Positions 10,516-19,749 of a DNA stretch of 48,999 nt are shown here, piece after piece. Both the position numbers and the translations under genes were made by a program. The first letter of the stretch is position 1; every line of letters begins with the position of its first letter. The stretch is from Patescibacteria group bacterium (lineage in GTDB: Bacteria > Patescibacteriota > Kazan-3B-28): assembly GCA_028717565.1 (NCBI GenBank), contig JAQUNP010000001.1, positions 178,997-227,995 of the forward strand, given 5' to 3'. The notes beneath the pieces were generated by a model, which saw only the letters and a list, made by a program, of their open reading frames with translations, was not told where the DNA came from and made no database searches.

Positions 10516-11374
10516 AGACGCTGTAAAAGCGGGAGTAGCAAAACTAAACAACTCTCCTTCGGCTAGATTGGATGTGGAGGTGTTGTTGGCATACGCGCTC
10601 AACAAAACTCGTACCGAACTACTAACCCAGTTGGATTTTGAGTTGAGTGATACTCAGCTCCAGCTTTTTTACCAATTTTTAGACAAACGAGCGCACAATT
10701 GCCCAGTAGCTTACTTAGTGGGCACCAAAAGCTTCAATGGACTAGAGTTAATCGTGAATCCGCATGTATTGATCCCCCGCCCTGAAACCGAAAGCTTGGT
10801 CGATGCCGCTTTGGGTCTAATTCGACAAACTGGTCTGACTGAGGTTTTTGATGTCGGAACGGGCAGCGGAAATATTGCTATCGCTTTGGCGAAACGGGTG
10901 CCCGGTCTCAAAGTGATAGCGAGCGATATTTCACCCCAGGCGCTCCGAGTGGCTCAAGAAAATGCCAAACGACATCAAGTGGAAAAGCAACTGTGCTTCG
11001 TTGAGTCCCACTTGGCAGAGCATATCCAGGCTGCCCAATTAATCATTGCCAATTTGCCTTACGTACCAGATACCTACGCCGTGATGGAGGATATTTTACA
11101 TGAACCGGCCTTGGCTATTTTTGGTCAGCGACTCGAAGACACTTCGGGGTCAGAGAGCGGAAACGACGGTTTGGATTTATATCGTACATTGTTTGAACAA
11201 CCTATTTTCAAAACCTTTCGAGGGGTATGTCTCATCGAGCTGGGCGCAAGACAGTTCGACGCTATGAGCGAATGGCTAAACCACCGATTCGCCAATATAA
11301 AAATCGACCCAATCTGCAATATTGACGGGTCACGAACAGGTATGTGGATTGATTTTAGAGCTCTTGCTCAATGA
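10505..11374 (+). CDS. prmC: Release factor glutamine methyltransferase
   Basis: Follows prfA; [20 protein letters not shown] variant of NPPY. Confidence 0.93.
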   Translation: MKVKDAVKAGVAKLNNSPSARLDVEVLLAYALNKTRTELLTQLDFELSDTQLQLFYQFLDKRAHNCPVAYLVGTKSFNGLELIVNPHVLIPRPETESLVDAALGLIRQTGLTEVFDVGTGSGNIAIALAKRVPGLKVIASDISPQALRVAQENAKRHQVEKQLCFVESHLAEHIQAAQLIIANLPYVPDTYAVMEDILHEPALAIFGQRLEDTSGSESGNDGLDLYRTLFEQPIFKTFRGVCLIELGARQFDAMSEWLNHRFANIKIDPICNIDGSRTGMWIDFRALAQ

Positions 11375-11918
11375 TTTGTGTAGTTTCGGCTACGGCCTGA
11401 TCGAGCTGATCATCAAAGTTAATTACTTGGTAGTCAAAAGCAGAGGCCAGTTTGAGCTCGTCGTCAGCGATCGCAATGCGTCTTTTAATATCCTTCGGGT
11501 CATCCCCTCGTTCAACCAATCGCTGCTCCAAAACGCTTAAAGATTCTGGTGCAATAAAAATCACTACGCATCCTGGGAAAGTGTCTTTGAAGTATTTTGC
11601 TCCCTGCACATCCACCACCCATAACGGGGTGTGGCCACGAGCCATAATGGCTTCAACATCTGCCTTTTGGCTACCGTAGTAATCGTTGCCGTATTTGGCC
11701 CATTCAAACATTTCATTGTTTTCTATTTTCTTTTCGAAATCTTCATGAGCTATGAAATGATAGTCCACATCCTGGGTTTCACTTTCGCGTTTGGCGCGCG
11801 TAGTGGTGGTGGTTACCTTAGCGATTGGCAGACCCATGTCTAACACTCGGTAAGCCACCGAGGTTTTGCCAACTCCCGATGGACCAGTGATAACAAAAAA
11901 TTTATTGAGCTCGTTCAT
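11355..11918 (-). CDS. gmk: Guanylate kinase
   Basis: GPSGVGKT, TTR.KR..E..DVDYHF, YYGS. Confidence 0.95.
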   Translation of the reverse strand: MNELNKFFVITGPSGVGKTSVAYRVLDMGLPIAKVTTTTTRAKRESETQDVDYHFIAHEDFEKKIENNEMFEWAKYGNDYYGSQKADVEAIMARGHTPLWVVDVQGAKYFKDTFPGCVVIFIAPESLSVLEQRLVERGDDPKDIKRRIAIADDELKLASAFDYQVINFDDQLDQAVAETTQIIEQEL

Positions 11919-12567
11919 GTTCTAAGAATAATTTTAAATCACTAGGCAGTGCTGAGACAAATTGATGGGGATGACCGGCTATATCAATAAAGCTAATTTG
12001 GTGACTATGCAAAAAGAGCCGAGTAGCAGCTGGAGCCCGATTGTACTTTGTATCACCTACCAAAGGATGGCCAATGGCCGAAAAGTGTACTCTAATTTGA
12101 TGCGTACGCCCCGTGTACGGAATGGCCTTCAGATAAGTACGTGAGCCCACGTAGTCGATTACTTCGTATTCGGTTTTAGCGGTTTTGCCAGACACCGAGG
12201 CGACAAATTTGGTCTTTTCCACCAAGTCCCTCTTTAATGGCACATCAATAATCCCCTTGCGCGCCTTAAGCCGACCTTCGACCAGAGCCAGATAGATTTT
12301 TTGAATTTTGCGATCTTTAAATAGCTTTTTTAAATAGTCGTACATAACTTGGGTTTTGGCCACCAGTAAAAGTCCGGTGGTATCTTTGTCCAGCCGATGC
12401 ACTAGCCCCATGCGGCTGGACTTGAGTGGAGAGTTCGGTAAATGCTTGGCCAGTAAATCTACCAAAGTATCACCGAGGTGGCCACTGCCTTCGTGTACCA
12501 CCAAGCCAGCGGGTTTATCCACCACCAAAAAATCCTCATTTTCAAAAACGATTTTAAGCTTTGACAT
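11902..12567 (-). CDS. RluA/RluD-family pseudouridine synthase (no S4 domain)
   Basis: VVDKPAG, HRLDKDTTG, TGRTHQIRVH, LFLHS. Confidence 0.93.
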   Translation of the reverse strand: MSKLKIVFENEDFLVVDKPAGLVVHEGSGHLGDTLVDLLAKHLPNSPLKSSRMGLVHRLDKDTTGLLLVAKTQVMYDYLKKLFKDRKIQKIYLALVEGRLKARKGIIDVPLKRDLVEKTKFVASVSGKTAKTEYEVIDYVGSRTYLKAIPYTGRTHQIRVHFSAIGHPLVGDTKYNRAPAATRLFLHSHQISFIDIAGHPHQFVSALPSDLKLFLEHERAQ

Positions 12568-12952
12568 AAAAAAGACAAATTAATAAGCCCACTATGCCTA
12601 CCGAGATACTGACATCCGCCAAGTTAAAAGTAAAGAGACCGAGCGCCTCCCAGTAATCCGCTACCAAACCGCTGTGGATAATTCTTTCGAAGAGGTTGCT
12701 TAGTCCACCACCTAAGATCAACCCCCAAAAGATGGTCGGTGCCAATTGAACGGGGCGGTTTTGATAAAACCACCAGATGACAACCGCCAAAAAGATAACC
12801 ACTGTGGGAATGATTAAGAAACTTGGCCAGCCAATGCCAAAAGCTAATTGGTGGTTATAGACCACATTGGGAATTAGCCCTCTTAGAACCTGGCTCAGCC
12901 CGAAAACCAATAGGCCAACACCCCAAAAAATAATTTGCGGCTTTTTAAGCAT
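12554..12952 (-). CDS. lspA: Lipoprotein signal peptidase II
   Basis: TM helices; N..AFG, GG.SN..ER, V.DY, FNLAD motifs. Confidence 0.85.
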   Translation of the reverse strand: MLKKPQIIFWGVGLLVFGLSQVLRGLIPNVVYNHQLAFGIGWPSFLIIPTVVIFLAVVIWWFYQNRPVQLAPTIFWGLILGGGLSNLFERIIHSGLVADYWEALGLFTFNLADVSISVGIVGLLICLFYVKA

Positions 12953-12968
12953 CGTCCCGACTATTTAA

Positions 12969-13337
12969 TTACATATCGGCTGAACAGGTTCTGGCAGCAG
13001 GATAAGCCACGAGGCGCTCTTCACTGATCCACTCTCCGCTTTTCTCGCATTTGCCATAAGTACCGTTCTCGATTTTTGCCAGAGCATCGTTCACTTCGTC
13101 CAAAGTTTTATTTAAATCTTGGACTTCTGACACTCTGTCCTGATATTCTTCCGCTTCGGCTCCAGCATCCGCTGGGTCTTCGACATCGCCTACGTCATAA
13201 TCGGGCTGGGTGGCAACATAGCTTCCCGCATCGTCATCATACTTAGCAATATCATTAAGCTCGGATAGAGTGTCAGCTTTCAGTTTTTCCAGAGCGGCTT
13301 TGCAACGGTCGATAAAATCTTGGGAGTAGTGTGTCAT
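12969..13337 (-). CDS. DksA/TraR-family protein with degenerate (two-Cys) zinc finger
   Basis: Coiled coil with D..D.G tip, AL.KIE.GTYG.CEKSG...I..ERL.A.P.AR.C. Confidence 0.85.
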   Translation of the reverse strand: MTHYSQDFIDRCKAALEKLKADTLSELNDIAKYDDDAGSYVATQPDYDVGDVEDPADAGAEAEEYQDRVSEVQDLNKTLDEVNDALAKIENGTYGKCEKSGEWISEERLVAYPAARTCSADM

Positions 13338-13397
13338 AGCTTTCCTTAAAAAAATTAATTGGTTTAGTTTATACCGAGCTGTGTCGAGAAGCCCTCT

Positions 13398-14435
13398 CTA
13401 ATTTTGGGCTCCCAGCAGCTTGAGCACTTCTGTCAGTTTTTCTTTGGTACCGATCAGAATCAAGCGATCACCAGCTTCAACTAGTGTATCACCAATCGGG
13501 TTGATGATGGCTTTGCCATCGGGTTTATTGATAGCCAATACCGTAGCGCCGTACACTTTGTTAGAAAGTTTTTGGGCGATGGTATGCCCGGCTACTGGTG
13601 AGCTCTGGGGCACGATCACGTCGTCGATCTGGATTTCACTGTTGCCCAAATCTTGGATATCGTCAATAAAGTCCGCTACCTCTGGGCTAAGAGCAAAACT
13701 AGCCATTCTAAAACCCCCGATTTGATGTGGGGAGACCACCCGATCAGCACCGACCTGACTAAGTTTACTGGCGGCCGCACCTTGATTAGCTCGAGCTACC
13801 ACAAAGATACTGCTGTTCATGGCTTTGGCTGTAATGATGGCCATAATCGTATCGCTATCTCGACCTAGACAAATCACAATCCCACGTGCATTCATTACGC
13901 CAGCTCGTTTAAGAGTATCCTCTGAAGTGGCATCGCCTTTCACGCACATGTGTCCGCCAGCTTCACATTTTTCTACCAACGCTTCATCTTGCTCCACCAC
14001 CACAAACGGTGTGGTGTCTTTATCAAGTTCGCTTACCACCTGTGTTCCTACTCGACCAAATCCGCAAACAATAATGTGGCCTGACAGATTTTGAATAGTT
14101 TTATCCATACGCTTCGATTTAAACCTCTCTTCTAGTTTATTTTCTAATACATATTCACTCAACATTCTAAGCACATAGTAAAGGGTGACGATACCAAAGA
14201 CTATCAGCAAGATAGTAAAGATTGTACCGGCGGGAGACATCGTATGCACCTCTTTGAAACCAACCGTCGCCAAGGTGATGACCACCATGTACAAAGCATC
14301 CAGGAAGCTCCAACCCTCGATAAACATGTAGCCCAAGGTGCCGATGCCAGCCAGTGCGACAATCATGAGCACCAAGCCCCAGAAGTTTGTGCCTTTGGAA
14401 GATTCGTCATTGATTTGGGGAATATTTTTGCCCAT
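13398..14435 (-). CDS. Potassium channel with RCK (TrkA-N/TrkA-C) domains
   Basis: Two TM helices around the pore motif TLATVGFKE; IVCGFGRVG Rossmann fold; C-terminal TrkA-C. Confidence 0.92.
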   Translation of the reverse strand: MGKNIPQINDESSKGTNFWGLVLMIVALAGIGTLGYMFIEGWSFLDALYMVVITLATVGFKEVHTMSPAGTIFTILLIVFGIVTLYYVLRMLSEYVLENKLEERFKSKRMDKTIQNLSGHIIVCGFGRVGTQVVSELDKDTTPFVVVEQDEALVEKCEAGGHMCVKGDATSEDTLKRAGVMNARGIVICLGRDSDTIMAIITAKAMNSSIFVVARANQGAAASKLSQVGADRVVSPHQIGGFRMASFALSPEVADFIDDIQDLGNSEIQIDDVIVPQSSPVAGHTIAQKLSNKVYGATVLAINKPDGKAIINPIGDTLVEAGDRLILIGTKEKLTEVLKLLGAQN

Positions 14436-14542
14436 ACCCTGTAGAAGATTTTAGAACTATACGACTTTATTTTGATATAAATAATCTTTCAATCGGCGCT
14501 TAAGTAATCTGTTGCCCTGGGTGCTTTTGAGATACGGGGCAT
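14433..14542. repeat. Second element sharing ends with 9315-9459 but with a different interior
   Basis: 24/24 identity of TTCTAAAATCTTCTACAGGGTATG (minus strand) and shared ATGCCCCGTA at the other end. Confidence 0.65.
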
Positions 14543-14574
14543 ATATATATTGTAAATTATTCTTCTTAAAAAAA

Positions 14575-14985
14575 TTATTGCCCGAGCAGGGTCTTAAACG
14601 AGATCAGTGCGGCCACCATGGCGACAAACCAACAGACCCCCAGCCCTACCCAGAGTAGCAACCAAGCTAAATTTACCCGCACCATAATTTGGTTGAGCCG
14701 ATCTCGAGTAAGAAAAATACTAACGCATAACATAAGAGTAATAGCCAGCCCACCCAAAGCTATAATCCACAGGTATATTTCCGGCAGCTGGCTTTTGAGC
14801 TTGGCTATAAACTCTGTCTCGTTGCCAGAAAGAATGGAACCATTGAGGGCCTGGGTCACTCGAAGATAGCGCTGATATAGTACCCAGCTCTCCCACGCCA
14901 AGATGCCACCCAATACAATATCGGCTATTGCGGTTATCGCCCGAACGCCAACTGATGTAATTAAGGCCTTAGTCGTCTTGTCCAT
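14575..14985 (-). CDS. Hypothetical membrane protein (3 TM)
   Basis: Operonic position; three hydrophobic helices. Confidence 0.7.
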   Translation of the reverse strand: MDKTTKALITSVGVRAITAIADIVLGGILAWESWVLYQRYLRVTQALNGSILSGNETEFIAKLKSQLPEIYLWIIALGGLAITLMLCVSIFLTRDRLNQIMVRVNLAWLLLWVGLGVCWFVAMVAALISFKTLLGQ

Positions 14986-15967
14986 TGTCCCCCTTCAAAG
15001 CTGGCACAGTGGTGGCTTGTACACTCAATGTGTCACCTTTGATCTTGCTAATCATTTGTTTGTATTCTGTATAGGCATTTTGAATCATCACATTGCCCTT
15101 AGCTACTTTGTTGTCTAAAATGTCATCCATCTTGGAAAGAGAATGGCCTAAATCGATTAGAAATGCCTTCACTCGCTCTTCGTCTAGATGAGTGGCGTGT
15201 TTACGATGCAAATCTAAAAATGTCAGCAGGTACGGCACGGTCATGCCGTAAGGGATGATGATAACATGATGATCACGATAGGCTCGCATCACAGAATCTT
15301 TCAATAGATAGTGCAGCGGATCCGGCACCGCCATGATCGCCCATTCATAAGTAGTCGGGGGGGAGATATATTCGCTCACCTCTCGCGCTTGGCGCAAAAC
15401 CAAGAGTTCAATCTTTTGAATTATTTTCAGCTTGGCAGCCTCGTCCTGCGATTTTTCTAAACCAGCCAATTCATCGACCGCCAAAATTTTTGAATCAATC
15501 GGGACAATCCGTCCATCTGGCAATTTCAACCCAAACTCCACCATCTTGGAACCGACTTTGGCATCATAAACCATCGTGTCTGGCGGAAAGATCTTCAAAA
15601 TTTCACGGATGATGTTTTCCCCAGCCATGCCTTTGGTCTTGCTGCCGCGCATTACACTTTCGATATTCCGTGAGGCCTCCAATAGGTTCTTGAAGTATAG
15701 CTGGTCTCGTTCTTCGCGTTCGCGACTAGCTATTAATAACCCTTTTAGCTGATCCGAGGTCTGTCTTAATTCGTCTTTAAGCCCACGTTGCACCTCTCGA
15801 GCAACACTTTGTTCAGTTTGAACTTTGCCTACGGCTTGGGATATCAAATCTACTGCCTTGGCCATACCTTCGTCGGTTTGAATTTTTGGCTTACGCCAAA
15901 AAAGCAGTACCACGGCCACTAAGAGCGCCGCGCTTAGAACAGAGATAATGATAAGTTCGGTCGTCAT
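14969..15967 (-). CDS. rmuC: RmuC-family protein
   Basis: N-terminal TM, coiled coil, G..GE...EIL, LPDGR.VPIDSK, WAIMAVP. Confidence 0.88.
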   Translation of the reverse strand: MTTELIIISVLSAALLVAVVLLFWRKPKIQTDEGMAKAVDLISQAVGKVQTEQSVAREVQRGLKDELRQTSDQLKGLLIASREREERDQLYFKNLLEASRNIESVMRGSKTKGMAGENIIREILKIFPPDTMVYDAKVGSKMVEFGLKLPDGRIVPIDSKILAVDELAGLEKSQDEAAKLKIIQKIELLVLRQAREVSEYISPPTTYEWAIMAVPDPLHYLLKDSVMRAYRDHHVIIIPYGMTVPYLLTFLDLHRKHATHLDEERVKAFLIDLGHSLSKMDDILDNKVAKGNVMIQNAYTEYKQMISKIKGDTLSVQATTVPALKGDNGQDD

Positions 15968-16815
15968 ACTGGTTTACGTTGGTTAATTAGTAACCATGCC
16001 CCTACTCCCGCGATAGCCACACTTGCCCATTGGGCAACAGTAAGCACCCCCCACATGTCGCTATCTATCCGCAAAAATTCAATAAAAAAGCGTAAGCCAC
16101 TATATAGTATCAGATACCATCCAAAAAGTACGAAGGGCTGGCGTTGTATCAGCCAAAATAAAATGCCTAAAATTATCAGCAGCCCCAGGGCCTCGTATAA
16201 AAACGTAGGATGGAAAAACGCCACATCCGTAAATTCGGCTGGTCGCATTTCCAAAGTCACAAACATCTTCCAGGGTAAGTTGGTGGGGCCGCCATAGGCC
16301 TCTTGGTTAAAAAAGTTCCCGAATCGGCCAATGGCTTGACCTAATACTACGGCCGGCATAAACAAATTAGCCAATTTCAAAACTGAGATCTTGGCTAAGC
16401 GGCTGTAGATAGCCAGAGCTGCCAGACCTCCCAACACTGCACCATGAATACTTAGCCCACCTGCCGTATAGGCAAATATCTGTGTCCAATCCTCTGTAAA
16501 GAGTGGCCATTTGAGAAGCACAAAAACCAATCTAGCCCCGAGCATGCCACCAACTATCATCCAGATGGCTGCAGTTAAAATGGCGTCAATTGAAACATGA
16601 AAAAAACGATTAGTGTAATAAAGTGTTAAGCCCAGACCAAAAACTATACCTAGGGCAATCAAAAATCCATACCAATGTAGAGTAAGGTCGCCCCACTGAG
16701 CCAAAATTGGCTGTAATAACCGGTCTCCGGCAAAAAAAGGCCGCAGCCAAAATCCTAATCCCACTAAAAACAAAGCTGCCAGAGCAAGTTTTATCCACAT
16801 TGCCATCTTCGCCAT
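15964..16815 (-). CDS. lgt: Prolipoprotein diacylglyceryl transferase
   Basis: HWYG, GARL.FV, GGLSIHGA, GQAIGRFGNFFNQEAYG, HPTFLYE, RFFIEFLR. Confidence 0.95.
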   Translation of the reverse strand: MAKMAMWIKLALAALFLVGLGFWLRPFFAGDRLLQPILAQWGDLTLHWYGFLIALGIVFGLGLTLYYTNRFFHVSIDAILTAAIWMIVGGMLGARLVFVLLKWPLFTEDWTQIFAYTAGGLSIHGAVLGGLAALAIYSRLAKISVLKLANLFMPAVVLGQAIGRFGNFFNQEAYGGPTNLPWKMFVTLEMRPAEFTDVAFFHPTFLYEALGLLIILGILFWLIQRQPFVLFGWYLILYSGLRFFIEFLRIDSDMWGVLTVAQWASVAIAGVGAWLLINQRKPV

Positions 16816-16935
16816 CTTGCGACCTCCTCTAACTCATCTTATCATGAATACGTATGGGGGCCTCGACGTCGCTAAAGAATTGGATTTGACGCGCGGAGGT
16901 CTATATAATAAATCTGAAGTTTAATTTTTTACCCC

Positions 16936-19239
16936 ATGAGTGAAGAGGTCACATCCAAAAGCAGCAAAACAAATCGTCTCGCCACGCGCATCGGTAAACT
17001 CCTATCCCATAATGCACGTAAGGGTGGTTTTTCAACATCCTTAGTATATGAACCAGACGAGGTCAGCGAAAAACGGCATGGTAGTTTGTATTTTGTGATT
17101 GACATCGGCAGCCCCTCAGCTCTCAGCGCTGATATTGCCTACAATCTAATCGATATTATCAAGGAAGAATTTTATAGCGATTTAGAACTGGGCGTTGGTG
17201 AGAGTTTTGAAAATGCGCTTAAAGCTGCCAACGGTGAGTTGGCTGCTATTGCCAAAGAGGGTGAAAAAGATTGGATGGGCAAACTCAATATCATTATCGC
17301 GGCTGTTCGCGATAAGGAGATGCACGTTGTCCAACGTGGTACAGCGGAAGTGCACTTGCTGCGTGAAGGCAATCTGACCAATCTATCCAAAGGCATGTAT
17401 GCTCCCGGCGAAACCTATGCGCCAGAAGAAACTTTAGTAAACATCATCGAAGGAGAGTTGGATGTATCGGACAAAGTAATTATGAGCACATCCGAACTTT
17501 TCTACTACATTTCTGTAGAAAAGCTCAAGCGCTTGATGGAAAATAACACACCAGCTCAGGCGACCAAGAAGTTGGCCACCATGTTAGAGCAAGAAGATGA
17601 CATCAACCGCACCAGCGTACTGATGGTTGAATTCAATTTGCCTGATCTGATTGCTCAGGAAGAAGAAACCGAACCAACCGAGAACTGGATTGGTGAGCCC
17701 GGCCCAGTGGCTAAACCCAAAGCTCGTTCGCCTTTGGCGGTAGCTATGGATAAAGCCCAAAGTTTAGCTGACGCTCTCCAAAAAAACGAAGAGGATACCG
17801 AAGCAGAGATAACTGACGACAGAGCTGAACCGGAGGAGGTGGTACTACGAGAGGAGATTATTATTGATGAGGTTCAAGAAGCGCCTACAAAGCCGGCCAG
17901 ACCGAGCTGGGCTAGTATGAAAACTGTCAACATCAAGGACTACACTGCCAAAGTCGACAGCAAACAGGTTCAGCAAATCGGCCAGGTGGCATGGCGAGTA
18001 GTCAAAGCTATCGGCACCATGCTGTGGGCCTTGCTAGACAGTATCATTACTTTCACTACCAATGTAATTCGTAATATCAAGAAACGCCCCGATGGTAATC
18101 GGATATTGTTGATTGCAACAGCCGTGATCGTGGTAGCAGTGGTAGGCGTTACCTTGGCGTTGTCTAGTGGTTACTCCAATCGTATCGGTCTAAAAAATGC
18201 TCAGGCCGCTCTAGCCGAAGCTCAACAAAAACGTGATGCGGCTCAGGCCGCACTCATCTACGAAGACGGCGTTAGGGCCAGAGAGCTTCTGGCTGAAGCT
18301 TACGCGGCAGCGGTATCTGCTACCAAAAATGTCCGGACCGAGTCAGCAGCTTCTGTCTTGGTAGCCGAGCTACAAGGACAAATCGATGATGTCAGTAATG
18401 TATCTCGTTTTACCGACGTACGACCGCTAGTCAATTTCGATGCCATTGCCCCTCAACTAGCTGGCAATGGTGATGATGTGAGCGTAAATATTGGCGACAT
18501 TGTAGTTTTGGGTGGAAATATCTACACCAATGATTCGGTTAATAACAAAATTTACAAATATAAGGCCTCTAGTTCCGAAGTGGCAATTATCAATTCTTTA
18601 GTCAGTAGCAACAAACGCTTGGCTCTGACCGCTGAAGCAAGCGACTCGGAACTCATCCTTTTTACAACCCCGCCTGGTATTTATAGTTTGAATTTGGTGA
18701 ACAACAGTTTAGAGGGCAAGGCCTTAGATAGTGGCGACTGGAGTAATGCAGAGCAGTTAATTGTCTACGGTGACAAGCTCTATTTCTTAGATTCTGCCAC
18801 TAATCAAATTTACAAATACTCACCGGTGCCAGAGGGCTATACACCGATCGCTCCCTATTTTGAGACTGGCCATACACCAGATATTGCTGGTGCTCTGGAT
18901 TTTGCTATTGATGGCAATGTCTATGTGTTGATGCCGGGCAACGTCATCAAACAGTTTTTGGGTGGCGAAGAAACCGGCTTCCAGTTGAAGAATATCCCAA
19001 GCAGCTATCCGGCGATTTCCAACATTACTCACATATATGCAGATGCTGAGAGTGATTTCTATGTCTTGGATGCGGGCAACAACCGGATTTTAAGATTCGA
19101 TGAGGAAGGTGTGTATTTGGCTCAATATATCTATGACACCATTCAAAACCCCAGCGATATGACTGTGGATCAGGCTGGTGGATTTATTTACTTATCATCC
19201 GGCACCGAGGTCTATCGTCTTCCGCTAAATAAAGAGTAG
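16936..19239 (+). CDS. Membrane protein: degenerate PP2C-like domain, acidic linker, TM helix, extracellular beta-propeller
   Basis: PP2C-like strand/helix order with altered catalytic motifs; TM near residue 390-410; NHL-like repeats (LYFLD...QIYKY, FYVLD..N.RILRF). Confidence 0.7.
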   Translation: MSEEVTSKSSKTNRLATRIGKLLSHNARKGGFSTSLVYEPDEVSEKRHGSLYFVIDIGSPSALSADIAYNLIDIIKEEFYSDLELGVGESFENALKAANGELAAIAKEGEKDWMGKLNIIIAAVRDKEMHVVQRGTAEVHLLREGNLTNLSKGMYAPGETYAPEETLVNIIEGELDVSDKVIMSTSELFYYISVEKLKRLMENNTPAQATKKLATMLEQEDDINRTSVLMVEFNLPDLIAQEEETEPTENWIGEPGPVAKPKARSPLAVAMDKAQSLADALQKNEEDTEAEITDDRAEPEEVVLREEIIIDEVQEAPTKPARPSWASMKTVNIKDYTAKVDSKQVQQIGQVAWRVVKAIGTMLWALLDSIITFTTNVIRNIKKRPDGNRILLIATAVIVVAVVGVTLALSSGYSNRIGLKNAQAALAEAQQKRDAAQAALIYEDGVRARELLAEAYAAAVSATKNVRTESAASVLVAELQGQIDDVSNVSRFTDVRPLVNFDAIAPQLAGNGDDVSVNIGDIVVLGGNIYTNDSVNNKIYKYKASSSEVAIINSLVSSNKRLALTAEASDSELILFTTPPGIYSLNLVNNSLEGKALDSGDWSNAEQLIVYGDKLYFLDSATNQIYKYSPVPEGYTPIAPYFETGHTPDIAGALDFAIDGNVYVLMPGNVIKQFLGGEETGFQLKNIPSSYPAISNITHIYADAESDFYVLDAGNNRILRFDEEGVYLAQYIYDTIQNPSDMTVDQAGGFIYLSSGTEVYRLPLNKE

Positions 19240-19249
19240 TCGGCGACCA

Positions 19250-19690
19250 ATGCCCGATATCTACAATCGACAGGCCAAGTTCAACTACGAACTCCTCGAA
19301 AATTTTGAGGCGGGGGTTGCGTTATTGGGCTGGGAGGTGAAGTCCATTCGCGCAGGACGAGTTTCTCTAATCGAAAGCCACGCCCGAATCAAAGATGGTG
19401 AGATTTGGCTAATGAACACTCATATCTCCCCTTTGCAACAGGCCCCTAATAACGCTGACCCGATTCGTCCACGTAAGCTTTTGCTAAACAAACAAGAGAT
19501 AAACCGACTCGTCGGCAAGATTAAGGAGCAGGGTTTGGCACTCATCCCTATCAAAATGTACTTCAAGAAAAACCGTGTTAAAGTTGGGCTGGCTTTGGGT
19601 AGGGGTAAGAAAAAGTACGACAAAAGAGCCACCATTAAGCAGCGTGAGCTAGAGAGAAAAGAGCGCTCTGTCTTGCGATCAAAAAAGTAA
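19250..19690 (+). CDS. smpB: SsrA-binding protein
   Basis: NRQAKFNYE, GWEVKSIR, R.RKLLL, GKKKYDKR. Confidence 0.97.
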   Translation: MPDIYNRQAKFNYELLENFEAGVALLGWEVKSIRAGRVSLIESHARIKDGEIWLMNTHISPLQQAPNNADPIRPRKLLLNKQEINRLVGKIKEQGLALIPIKMYFKKNRVKVGLALGRGKKKYDKRATIKQRELERKERSVLRSKK

Positions 19691-19706
19691 GACGTTGGCT
19701 AACCAC

Positions 19707-19726
19707 AAAGGAGATTTTCTTGGTGG
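19707..19726. repeat. Direct repeat copy 1 (19/20 identical to 21049-21068, which spans the tmRNA 3' end)
   Basis: AAAGGAGATTTTCTTGGTGG vs AAAGGAGATTTTATTGGTGG. Confidence 0.7.
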
Positions 19727-19749
19727 TGCATTCTGGATGAAGTGGGAAC

